A DNA stretch of 64,000 nt from Flectonema sp. DT1601 (GCA_964019425.1 OZ025783.1:1054001-1118000); one strand, 5' to 3'. Shown: positions 34,335 to 44,642, counted from the first letter of the stretch. Notes: generated by a model from the letters alone, not told the origin. Made by a program: numbers and translations.

Positions 34335-37300
34335 CTATCTCCAGTGTGAACTTCTCGGAGTCGAGTGTTCCTCAGATTTTCTCGACACAGGTGGCGAGGT
34401 CTCTCCAGATACAAACGAAGACATTATTGGGTCTCTTTCCTTTTTCCCACTGCTTCGCGCAACCATTGTCAAGGCAGTATTCGCATCTGCGAGGTACCGT
34501 ATCTTGTCTGCTTGTTTCATTATCATATATTTTTGTTCAACGTTTTCGGTTGTTATACGAGCATGATCAACTTCTAATTTTGATAAATTATATTTTGCGA
34601 TTCTTCCCTGCTCACCAAGATCCCTTTTAAGTCGCATAATCTCAACTAAAGTGGATTCCTTTTGAGAAGCGATGAGGCTACTTTTTCCTGCTAATTCACT
34701 TTGCAAGTCTTGAGTTGTATCTAAGGTACGCTCATGATTCTTCCTGAGGTTTGACAGTTTTGACTCAAGTTCACTATTTCTTGATTGTGTAATCAATTCT
34801 GTCTGGTCTCTCTTTGTTAACTCTCTCTCAAGTGCCATAACTTCCCTTCGTAAACTGTTATTCGCAGCTATCGCACGCTGATGCTCATTCATACAGCTCT
34901 GCACGTCAGCTTTCAGTACGCCGGTGCTTGTACGATCTTCCTGTTTGAAATATTTTTTTTTTGTTTCCAGTCACAATAACTAGTTTCTTTTGGATATGAT
35001 TAATTAGGTATGTTATTATCAGATATGAAGGTTTTATAACTTTAGACTTAAACACATGACATAAAGAAGTGAAAACATTTTGTGCCAATCTAGCCCCAGT
35101 CATTGACCTCCTTGTGTATGATGATGTGATCATGCTTGAGGCTGGTTGTACCGAGGCATTGTAATTGAGAGTGCGTGTGGATGCGTGTTGAGTGTGGGCT
35201 GCGTAATTCACAAGGTGTGTAAAAGATAGCTTTTGAAGAGAATCAGTAAATTGAAAACATCGTCGAAGCACACGGCTCAGGTCTTGAAACACATTTAATT
35301 TAATATCATCAGAGAAAGGTGGAGAACGGAGACTGACAAAAACACCACAAGTGACACCCGAAGGTGATTGAAGTGATTGAATACGATGCAAAGAGAGAGC
35401 GTGTCAAAATGTTTAATTTAATACAAAGCTTCTCAATGAAAGAATAGTAATTCTAGCCCCAGTCATTGACCTCCTTGTGTATGATGATGCGATCATGCTT
35501 GAGGCTGGTTGTACCGAGGCATTGTAATTGAGAGTGCGTGTGGATGTGTTGTGTAGGGGCTGCGTAATTCACAAGGTGTGTAAAAGAAGACATCAGAAAG
35601 AGGAGAAACAGTTCGTAAAATAATTCTAGCCCCAGTCATTGACCTCCTTGTGTATGATGATGTGATCATGCTTGAGGCTGGTTGTACCGAGGCATTGTGA
35701 TTAGTACTTTAGTGGCATAATTCACAAGGTGTGTAAAAGAAAGCTTTTGAAGAGAATCAGTAAATTGAAAACATCGTCGAAGCACACGGCTCAGGTCTTG
35801 AAACACATTTAATTTAATATCATCAGGGAAAGGTGGAGAACGGAGACTGACAAAAACACCACAAGTGACACCCGAAGGTGATTGAAGTGATTGAATACGA
35901 TGCAAAGAGAGAGCGTGTGAAAATGTTTAATTTAATACAAAGCTTCTCAATGAAAGAATAGTAATTCTAGCCCCAGTCATTGACCTCCTTGTGTATGATG
36001 ATGCGATCATGCTTGAGGCTGGTTGTACCGAGGCATTGTAATTGAGAGTGCGTGTGGATGTGTTGTGTAGGGGCTGCGTAATTCACAAGGTGTGTAAAAG
36101 AAGACATCAGAAAGAGGAGAAACAGTTCGTAAAATAATTCTAGCCCCAGTCATTGACCTCCTTGTGTATGATGATGTGATCATGCTTGAGGCTGGTTGTA
36201 CCGAGGCATTGTGATTAGTACTTTAGTGGCATAATTCACAAGGTGTGTAAAAGAAAGCTTTTGAGGAGAATCAGTAAATTGAAAACATCGTCGAAGCACA
36301 CGGCTCAGGTCTTGAAACACATTTAATTTAATATCATCAGAGAAAGGTGGAGAACGGAGACTGACAAAAACACCACAAGTGACACCCGAAGGTGATTGAA
36401 GTGATTGAATATGATGCAAAGAGAGAGCGTGTGAAAATGTTTAATTTAATACAAAGCTTCTCAATGAAAGAATAGTAATTCTAGCCCCAGCCATTGACCT
36501 CCTTGTGTATGATGATGCGATCATGCTTGAGGCTGGTTGTACCGAGGCATTGTAATTGAGAGTGCGTGTGGATGTGTTGTGTAGGGGCTGCGTAATTCAC
36601 AAGGTGTGTAAAAGAAGGTATCAGAAAGAGTTCGTAAAATAGTAATTCTAGCCCCAGCCATTGACCTCCGTGTGTATGATGATGTGATCATGCTTGAGGC
36701 TGGTTGTACCGAGGCAATCACTAATATAATTTAGATGTGGTAAACATTAACAAGACAAACCTCAAGCAGCTTCTCAAGTTCTGCAATGCGGGTATTTTTC
36801 ATCTCCGCTACGAACACAAGTTTTTCCTTTTCCGAAATGAGATCATTTATTTGTCTAGTTGAAGTCTCTAATTCACTCTCAAGTTGTCGTATGCTGTCTT
36901 GCATAGCTTTAGTCTCTGGTGCCTGTTTTATTCGTTCTCAAAGGTCCTCAGACAAACTTTCCTAAAAGTAATACCAAGCACCCTAATAAATAAAGTTACT
37001 CTACGTGAGAATGTATACAAGTGAACCCACCTAAAGGGAGAATTAGTTTATAATTCCAAACAGTAAATGATGTCTTCTATTTGAAGTACAAAAACCACAC
37101 AAAGTTCAGACCCTGGATCGAATTAAAATTAAATTCGAAGTAAGAAATAATTAATTCGCATACTTGATCACTACGCGGACTTTTAATTATGCTGTTGGTA
37201 CTGTTGGTACGCTTGGGACTGCGAGGACTGTTCTTAGGACTGGATTGACGTGGTGTTTGTTTCTTAGGACTACGGACAGGAGTTCGAGGACTTTGACGGG

Positions 37301-37646
37301 CACTGCGAGGGCTCTCTCGCGGGCTCCGACGTGCGCCACCCGGGCTATCTTTGCGTGGGCTTGGACGTACACCACGTGGACTTGTACGGGGGCTCTGACG
37401 CGCACGTGGGCTGCCTTTTCGTCTTCTTCCTGAATCTGGTGACAAAACCATCGATATGTCTGTTTCTATTCCGCTAAAGTCGAGTGCCATTGTATTTCTT
37501 AATGTCTTCTTCTTTACCTTCTTCGCCGATCCTTTTGCTGATACTCGTGAACTTGTTGAAGTTGATCTTTTATTACTACTGACTTCATTTGAGGGTTTCT
37601 TCTTCGTCTTTGAAGTCTTCTTAAAGGATGGCTGCTTTCCGAACAT
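34335..37646 (-). CDS. snoRNA host gene: basic SPR-repeat + coiled-coil protein (exons 37646-37164, 36922 or 36961-36761, 34940-34335)
   Basis: Phase-0 donors GTATGC (37163) and GTTTGT (36760) and acceptor TCAAACAG (34941) give a continuous coiled-coil frame. Exon 1 has (R/Q/D)SPR repeats. Confidence 0.75.
35086..35158 (-). ncRNA. Single-hairpin H/ACA-like (AGA box) snoRNA, copy 1
   Basis: GCCTCGGT/ACTGGGGC basal stem, internal pocket, GCCTC/GAGGT upper stem, AGA one nt after the stem and 14 nt from the pocket top. Confidence 0.85.
35240..35316 (-). ncRNA. Box C/D snoRNA, copy 1 (D' guide to LSU GUCUUGAAACAC)
   Basis: TGATGA...GTGTTTCAAGAC-CTGA...CGACGA-TGTTTTCAATTTA-CTGA. Confidence 0.88.
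35449..35521 (-). ncRNA. AGA-box snoRNA, copy 2
   Basis: Near-identical to copy 1. Confidence 0.85.
35622..35694 (-). ncRNA. AGA-box snoRNA, copy 3
   Basis: Same core as copy 1. Confidence 0.85.
35754..35830 (-). ncRNA. Box C/D snoRNA, copy 2
   Basis: Identical to copy 1 between boxes C and D. Confidence 0.88.
35963..36035 (-). ncRNA. AGA-box snoRNA, copy 4
   Basis: Same as copy 2. Confidence 0.85.
36136..36208 (-). ncRNA. AGA-box snoRNA, copy 5
   Basis: Same as copy 3. Confidence 0.85.
36268..36344 (-). ncRNA. Box C/D snoRNA, copy 3
   Basis: Identical to copy 1 between boxes C and D. Confidence 0.88.
36477..36549 (-). ncRNA. AGA-box snoRNA, copy 6
   Basis: Variant CAATGGCTGGGGC keeps the stem through a U-G pair. 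Confidence 0.85.
36644..36716 (-). ncRNA. AGA-box snoRNA, copy 7
   Basis: Same stem variant as copy 6; begins ~44 nt after the intron donor. Confidence 0.85.
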
Positions 37647-38364
37647 CTTCGGAGGGGTTCCTCCCCGCCTGTTTAAAATGAAATAATAAAGCTGACGGAC
37701 AAGTTTAAAACCATTCATAATGTCAATCTGTTATCATTGACAACATGAAGTGCAGTAGGAAGGAATGACTTTTCCCCTTCGGAAGGAGGAAAATCAATTT
37801 AAAAAAACAAGAAGAAGTACATCAATCTGCTGGAATCACTCAAAAAAGAAATAAAAAGACCCGGAGAGATCCCCAATTATCGAGCAAGCAAAGTCCTAAA
37901 AAGAAAAAAGAACAGGACGAGTTGGAACAGCTACTATAAAATAAAAGAAAGATCCGAAGAAATCTTTAATTATTTGTGAGGCTATCAAATTAATCAACTA
38001 AAAAAACTCAAAAAGAAAAGGAGGGGAGGAGACAGCTCAGGTACAAAAACCACCAGAAATTTGCAGCAGTTGTGCAGACTGAAATGATTTCTTCCCCGCA
38101 GACTGGAAGCTAATACACGAAATTCAATTAAAAAAACTTCTTTTTTTTTTTTGCGTGATTTCAGCTTCGCTGTCCACTGCCCAATTTTTTTCCAAAAAAA
38201 AAAAACGGGTAACCATCTAAAGCACTGGTTACACAAAGAAACGTTAAATAATTCTGAGGTTCAGACCCCAAACACCAATTGGAATAAATTAAAGAAAACA
38301 AGAAATTGAAGGAAGCATAAACTACTTTACCAGTTTTGTGTGGACCATTCCCAGGTGAATGCTG

Positions 38365-39330
38365 CTACTCAGATAGTAGTAAAACACACCCACCTGGTTT
38401 GTGGCCTGTTTCGCAAAATGCGTGTGCATTCGATATTTCTGCAAGAGGGTAAGTCTTGCCAACGACACCTTTGAGAACTCCTTTTTCGAAGAGTGATTTC
38501 AGGAATTGGATTTCATCTTTTGTTTCGTCACACACTCCGACAACAACTTTTTGGTTTCGAAAGATGTTTAGAAAAGCTTCACGAAACTCTCTGAGACCAG
38601 CATTGACAGCAATGTATGAACCCTTTGATGATAATATTTTGCGACATTCATTGAACGATGACTTTCCAACAACATCAACAATCACATCAAACATGGTACC
38701 TATAGTTGTGAAGTCACTATGTTCATAATTAACAACCTGAGTAGCTCCGAGTGATTTAACTAAAGTAGTATTACCTGTTGAACAAACAGCTGTTACTACA
38801 CCCCCATAATAGGTTGCTATTTGTACAGCGTGAACACCAACTGATCCAGAAGCTCCGATAATTAAAACCTTAGACCCGGATGTCACTAATCCTTTCATGA
38901 AATAATTACTAGTAGTACCTCCGAATGGAATCACAGCTGCTTCTTTAAAAGACATGTTATCAGTCATGTGACAAACAGCTCCCTTTTCTTTGATGGTGAT
39001 GAATTCTGCGTTTGCCTTCATTGCCATGCCGGTGCTGCCGAAGACCCGATCGCCGCATTTAAATTGAGTGATGCTGCTACCAATCTCACAAACGATGCCG
39101 GAAAATTCTGTTCCCAGAGTTTGAGTTGATGGGGTACGCAGGCCGTTAAATAATCTAACTGCCCAGGGATCTGCTTTTCGTACTCTCCAATCACCAGACG
39201 TCACACTTGAACACTTTACTGAAATTAATATCTCATCATTCTTTGGTGTTGGCTTTGGTACATCTCCATGTTGCATAACAGAAGCATCTCCGTACTGTTT
39301 GTATACCCCAGCCTTCATTGTTTGTGTCAT
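38365..39330 (-). CDS. NAD(P)-dependent MDR-family oxidoreductase (quinone oxidoreductase-like, bacterial-type)
   Basis: PKPTPKNDEILI, LGTEFSGIV, FKCGDRVFG, VLIIGASGSVG, KTYPLAEI..AH. Confidence 0.9.
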   Translation of the reverse strand: MTQTMKAGVYKQYGDASVMQHGDVPKPTPKNDEILISVKCSSVTSGDWRVRKADPWAVRLFNGLRTPSTQTLGTEFSGIVCEIGSSITQFKCGDRVFGSTGMAMKANAEFITIKEKGAVCHMTDNMSFKEAAVIPFGGTTSNYFMKGLVTSGSKVLIIGASGSVGVHAVQIATYYGGVVTAVCSTGNTTLVKSLGATQVVNYEHSDFTTIGTMFDVIVDVVGKSSFNECRKILSSKGSYIAVNAGLREFREAFLNIFRNQKVVVGVCDETKDEIQFLKSLFEKGVLKGVVGKTYPLAEISNAHAFCETGHKPGGCVLLLSE

Positions 39331-39590
39331 GTTGTTGGTAAATTTAACTGGATGGGAAAATGTCTTTTTTTTTTTTTTTTTTTTTTTTAAATCTGTTCAT
39401 CAGACAATCTTGTTATAGTATGTCTTTCAGACTGTGAAGGAACTATTGATCGACTGTATAAACAACAGAAGCTAAACCAACTCGACATATAATACGACGA
39501 GTAGCGAAAACGTACTTTCATGTCGTGCTTTTTTTTCATTTTCTTTTCTTAATTATTGTTTTCAGTCTTACAGATTCTAATTAAATGTTA

Positions 39591-40430
39591 CTAATGAGAC
39601 TTCATCTTTGATGGCTTTGACTTAACATACGATACGTAGAATAACTTTGCGAATAATATCCCATAACTCGCATACATAACACCACAACAAGAAAAGTACC
39701 AATTATTGTAAGTTGTAGAACACGTTGAGGTTAGAGTGAAGTAGAGTGAAAGTCCTACAACTGATGTACCAATTGCCATTTGTAGTAATTGAAGTGAAGT
39801 AATTAAAGGTCTCAGCGGACGAAGAAGATTAGAGTATTGAGAAACAGCATAGTATGTGTACATAATACTGTGAACGCCATAGTTCATTGTTCCAAAAGTA
39901 AGTGCCGATGGTGTTCTTTCAGAAAACGCAACCCAACAATACAACAAAACTGATGCATGATGATACCAGTGTAGGAATTGAACTGGTTTTCCCATGATGA
40001 CGAGAAAGAATGTATCACCGAGTTCTATAAACTTACTCAAAGTGAATGCAGTTGCTGCGAATCCAACATGAGAGTAGCAGGCACCATTAGGAACTCTAAA
40101 TATCATATCATCTGAGCAGATGATGTCCTGAATTCCCATATTATTTCTAACTATTTCTTCAAACAAGAATACTGAACAGTAGTAGAAACCTGCCATTGAA
40201 AACAGTCCCAATACCATGTTCCAACATGCGAATATAAATTTCATAAAGCCTCCCTTAATACCTTTCCCAAATACTAAAGGTCCCACAAATACCCATACTA
40301 AGTAAGCAGCAACAACAACGAAAGGTGTTACATAATCTTCACGCATCATATCCATTGCTGGTCGGCAGTCGTAGTCCCCGAGTGAGGCAGCCAGTCTTGT
40401 GATCTCCTTTACCATGGTTTCCATATTCAT
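39591..40430 (-). CDS. ELO: Fatty-acid elongase (GNS1/SUR4 family)
   Basis: SKFIELGDTFF, FLHWYHH, MNYGVHSIMYTYY, ITSLQLLQM. Confidence 0.95.
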   Translation of the reverse strand: MNMETMVKEITRLAASLGDYDCRPAMDMMREDYVTPFVVVAAYLVWVFVGPLVFGKGIKGGFMKFIFACWNMVLGLFSMAGFYYCSVFLFEEIVRNNMGIQDIICSDDMIFRVPNGACYSHVGFAATAFTLSKFIELGDTFFLVIMGKPVQFLHWYHHASVLLYCWVAFSERTPSALTFGTMNYGVHSIMYTYYAVSQYSNLLRPLRPLITSLQLLQMAIGTSVVGLSLYFTLTSTCSTTYNNWYFSCCGVMYASYGILFAKLFYVSYVKSKPSKMKSH

Positions 40431-40700
40431 ATCAAAATATTACTTCACCTGTGAGAGAGATGACGTAATCAGTACTGCGATAGGTCTTTTCATACTTGTT
40501 ACTTTAACAAAATAAATAACTTTAAAGGAAGGTCGAAAGTGAAGTCAGAAACCAACGCGCTGACAAACACAGAACGAAGTGATGTTAATTTGATATATCT
40601 GTCAGGAGGGAGGGAACTCCAAACTTATCCGAAAAGAAATACAAAAACTATAGTCCATAAAGACTTATATAATTGTACACAAACTCTTTATACTCAACGA

Positions 40701-42284
40701 TCAAGCATTGCAAGGATGAGCTGCTAAGTGACCACCTGCAGCATTGACGTGGTCAGCAATGCGAATTAAATTTGAGTCAGTAGTCTTGTAGACATTCTCT
40801 AGTTCAGTAAACACTCCATTGATACGAGCAGCTTCTGTTTTCACCCAAGTGATAGCCATGGTTACTTCTGTTTGGTGTGTTGGTGACGATTCTGAAGCCG
40901 ACTTCGAAGCCCTTGAGATCACAGAAAGCATAGTCATTACTGTAATCAGACAATCACTGACTCGCGAAACTACTATTTGCTCGTCGATGAGTTTCTTTCC
41001 GAACTTAACGAGAATATTTTCAGTACCAGCACCTAACCTGTCAACTAATTTATTAACAAGAGCAGCCTGTTGTTTAAGAGAAGGATGAACTTCTCCAACA
41101 TCAGTTCTCGGAGTGTATCCAAAAGTGCGGATAAATCTTCCGAATAACAGTCTTGAAGTACTCTTCGATCTCAAACCAGAACCACACTTTTCAAGAGTCT
41201 GTAATGTGTGATGTAATACCGCCATCTCCTTCGTGATTGGAATGTTCTGAACTCTGTCTAATGCTTCAGTTATAGTTGAGAGTTGTGTAGTAAAAGAAGC
41301 GCCCATAGTTCTCTTTGCTATTTCACAGTTTTGCTTTGCAGCATCGACGAACAGTATTTTAGTTACCAGAGGATCAGCTTTGTTGTACAACAATGATTCC
41401 ATTGCGTATACTCTGAGCGCAATATCTGCGATATTTTTCTTTATCAACGGAAGGTCTCGTAGCGTCCTACCGAAAGCTGTTTTGCTATCACAGTGGACAC
41501 AGAGATCTGACAGCAGTTGTTTTTGCGACCCGAGAATAGCCGCAGACATTAAATGCAAGTATTTACTATTCAGCTTGTTGGTGGTGGTAAATGCGCCTCC
41601 CGTCGGACCGATAAGCGCGGTTTTTGGCACTTCAAGATTGGAAAACTTAAGGGATGCACACCTAGGGTATGCATCATTAGTGGATACGGTAATTTTATTG
41701 CTATTTGGTACCTTAAAAATTGATAGTTTGCCGTTGAGTTTGGCAAAAATTGAAAAGGATTTTGCCTCAGATGCATTAGTGACCCAAGACTTCTCTCCTG
41801 ATAGAACGTAGTTATCACCCTTCTCTTGAGCTGTTGTTTTTGTGGAGCGGATGTCGGAACCAGTTGAAGGTTCTGTAAGACCGTAGCCTCTAATTTCATT
41901 CGGGGTGCTTGAGTGACTTTCCTCTCCCGAATGAGCAGCTAACACTCTGTGAGCCAACGTGTTATAAAACACTGTAACCGCTGCTTCCAAACTCTGCTTT
42001 CCAATTTCTTCAAAAATCTGAGACTGGGCAGCAATGCTCAACCCTTTTCCACCCGCTTCTTTTGGGATAGCTACCTCAAAGCAGCCAAGATCTTTGATAT
42101 CTTCCGTCACACCCTTCGATAGATCTTTTCCACGCAGCTTAGTCGTAATGACGTCAACAATAGTGCTTTCCTCCTTATCAATACCTGAAGGGTACTTACT
42201 CCAACCTGCTTCAATTTGACCTTGTGCTAACTTTGAGGCAAAGGTAGCAGACTCAATTGATCGTATAACTGTTCTCTTCATCAT
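40701..42284 (-). CDS. ACAD9/VLCAD-like acyl-CoA dehydrogenase-family protein (degenerate)
   Basis: GLTEPSTGSD, LSGEKSWVTNA, AFGRTLRDLPLI, and a VLCAD-type C-terminal extension (KFGKKLIDEQ, SVISRASKS). Confidence 0.88.
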   Translation of the reverse strand: MMKRTVIRSIESATFASKLAQGQIEAGWSKYPSGIDKEESTIVDVITTKLRGKDLSKGVTEDIKDLGCFEVAIPKEAGGKGLSIAAQSQIFEEIGKQSLEAAVTVFYNTLAHRVLAAHSGEESHSSTPNEIRGYGLTEPSTGSDIRSTKTTAQEKGDNYVLSGEKSWVTNASEAKSFSIFAKLNGKLSIFKVPNSNKITVSTNDAYPRCASLKFSNLEVPKTALIGPTGGAFTTTNKLNSKYLHLMSAAILGSQKQLLSDLCVHCDSKTAFGRTLRDLPLIKKNIADIALRVYAMESLLYNKADPLVTKILFVDAAKQNCEIAKRTMGASFTTQLSTITEALDRVQNIPITKEMAVLHHTLQTLEKCGSGLRSKSTSRLLFGRFIRTFGYTPRTDVGEVHPSLKQQAALVNKLVDRLGAGTENILVKFGKKLIDEQIVVSRVSDCLITVMTMLSVISRASKSASESSPTHQTEVTMAITWVKTEAARINGVFTELENVYKTTDSNLIRIADHVNAAGGHLAAHPCNA

Positions 42285-42516
42285 AGTTTACTATTGTGGG
42301 TTACTGTGAAAGGAATTAATTGAAGACAAAACAGTGATAATTAAATATAAATTAATAATAAGCTTCTGCAAACTATCAACTGCCACACCGAAAACGACAG
42401 GCATCTCGAAGTGTTAGGAAGCAGCAAGTGTAAATGATGAAGTTTTGTGTGGATTTTCACATATCCACTCACACGCTCTAATTAGAATTTACAGCAATCA
42501 GAGTAAATAGTTTATA

Positions 42517-43656
42517 TTAAGAGAGAGGAGAAGATAGTGAACCATAAGTACCAACTACAGTGTCTGGAGTATTGAAGGATACTCTACCTCCTGATACTCG
42601 TCGGAGTGTTTTCATTGTTAGCTCGTTAAAGTTATTGTTGGTTAGATAAAATGCTCGCATTGTGACGTTTAATTTTACCGCATCGCAGAGTAGAGTTACT
42701 CCGCCATGATCACTACCATCATAAAACTTTTTAGAACCAAACCCTAGTAAGCATTCACTGAGATCAAGTTTTCGTAATCCTCGATTTTGAGAGATCGCTG
42801 AACACAATGCAAGAAGTCCCTTTTCATTGTACCACCCAGACCTAACCCCATTACTACATAATTCTATTCCTGAGAGGGGATTCGAGCTCAAACTTATTTC
42901 GCGAAGAGAACTGGTCTTCTTTAAACCCTCAGATATTAACACTAATCCAGATGGAGCTATGAGATTATTTTTTAAATTAATTCTCTCTAAAGATTTTAGT
43001 AAATCAAAGACACCAGCGACTAGCTGACATTCGTCATCTGATATTCTACTAAAGCAGAGATCAAGTGTTGTAATTGGAGAACTTCCATCTAATTTAAAAG
43101 GAAGACTCTGATTAACCCAACAGCTGTTGTGTCCAATTCGAAGAGTCGCAACTTTGTCAGAAACGAGTTTCAACGCGTCTATAGAATAGAGTGCTCCAGT
43201 GTTGCTGAAATCGATGTCATGAATTGTTGAATTTTGATTCTTATAAATAGAACTACACAAGACAGATAAACTATCTCTTGATATGGAGTTGTGACTGACG
43301 TTGAGTCCGCAAACCCCTCCAGACGCAACACCATTTATGAAACTCTTTGGTAACATCACAATATTATTATTAGAAACATTCAACCATTCTATTATGGGAT
43401 TTTCTAATAATGCTCTACCAATGTACTCACATCCAGTATCTCCGATTCGACATCCTGGTAGAGCCAATCTGGTTACGTTGCTTCCAAGTAATAGTTTTCC
43501 CAACAGAGCTGATGCTTGTGAATTCATACAAATACCTCTCACAGATATATCAGTTTCACCTTCTTCAATTCTTGTAATCACACGAGAGACGTTTGGAGCA
43601 GCATTGGAGAGGACTTTTCGAGTGTTAAGAGATCGATCCCAACATGTAATCGCCAT
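42517..43656 (-). CDS. RNI-like leucine-rich repeat protein
   Basis: LRRs RLALPGCRIGDTG, WLNVSNNNI, RINLKNNLI, EISLSSNPL. The start at MAITCW is inferred. Confidence 0.85.
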   Translation of the reverse strand: MAITCWDRSLNTRKVLSNAAPNVSRVITRIEEGETDISVRGICMNSQASALLGKLLLGSNVTRLALPGCRIGDTGCEYIGRALLENPIIEWLNVSNNNIVMLPKSFINGVASGGVCGLNVSHNSISRDSLSVLCSSIYKNQNSTIHDIDFSNTGALYSIDALKLVSDKVATLRIGHNSCWVNQSLPFKLDGSSPITTLDLCFSRISDDECQLVAGVFDLLKSLERINLKNNLIAPSGLVLISEGLKKTSSLREISLSSNPLSGIELCSNGVRSGWYNEKGLLALCSAISQNRGLRKLDLSECLLGFGSKKFYDGSDHGGVTLLCDAVKLNVTMRAFYLTNNNFNELTMKTLRRVSGGRVSFNTPDTVVGTYGSLSSPLS

Positions 43657-44642
43657 TAGGATATGTGATAGTGAGATGCTGTTGAAATCATAATTAGGTT
43701 TAAGATCGACTAAAGTAAAGCAATATTCAAACTGGTCATGCGATATATGGAAATGAAGGGGAAGGGGAAAAAAGGAAAAAAGAGGAAAATGGAAGCAGGG
43801 GGCACACGGGGAATGCATGGGGGTAATCTATAAAAGGGAAGTGTGTAGAACACACAATTTCACCTCTTTTTTGGTGGGGAGGGACAGAAAAAAAAAATCT
43901 ATAATAATTTTTTTTCGAATTTCTTTATTAATAAAGGGTTACTCGTTTTCTTTGCTGCGCACCGACCTGTTGGTTTTTTTTTTTTTTCCTTGGTTTCGAG
44001 AAGAAACCGAAATAGAGTAAGTTAAACGAACTACCCAGAAAAAAATTATTTTTCTTTAAACTCTGTTGCAGAGGTCTGGTTTCGAACGGAAACTATCCAA
44101 TGCTTTCTTTATTTCTTTCTTTTTTTTTTTTGTTTTTTTTTTTTTAATTCCCCTCTTCTTTTTGATTTAATTATTTTTGCTACACAGTTAAGATTAATTG
44201 CAAAAAAACAGATGGCGACCAGGGGTTCTGTTTGAATATAAAACAGGACATCTGTTCAGCAACATAATGAAAATAATCCCGTAAATGTGCTTTAAATAAG
44301 AAAAAAAAAATCAAACTCGGCATAATGCCGTTGAATTGGGTATTTCTAAAAAGTTGTCCAAGGAGGCTGGTTTCTAAATGAAACTAGACCTGAACTATTT
44401 CTTTTCTTATATTTTTATTATTTATTTTCTGGTTATAATGCGCAGCTTTAAAATAACGATGTGGTTTTTTTTTCAGGGAAAGGTGGGAAGAGACAGAGAG
44501 GCGAATGCTCACTAATAGCGTTAACGATACGCTGAGCAATCATTTTCGATATTCTATTTCTTTTTTTTCTTTTTTTTTTTTCTTTCCTACGTCTTACTTT
44601 AGCCCGGTACAACTAACTTGATCTATGACAGTTCCATCTCTC

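Larger units (their letters stand above)
35086..36716 (-). repeat. Intronic tandem snoRNA array with 514-bp period (~3.2 units)
   Basis: D-box TCAG recurs at 35243, 35757 and 36271. The array lies within intron 34941-36760. Confidence 0.95.

Noticed and set aside
35086..36716. CRISPR-like reading of the repeat-spacer pattern
   Set aside because: The spacers themselves repeat with a 514-bp period, the repeats are ~70 nt, there are no cas genes, the context is eukaryotic, and snoRNA boxes and rRNA guides explain the pattern.
34906..36721. Repeated short ORFs (MHRIQSLQSPS..., MIASVQP...)
   Set aside because: Incidental frames across the snoRNA array with non-ATG starts, inside an intron.
36938..36940. 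UGA reassignment or selenocysteine
   Set aside because: UGA is the natural stop of other genes here (biotin ligase, ACAD-like), there is no redox motif or evident SECIS, and an alternative acceptor skips it.
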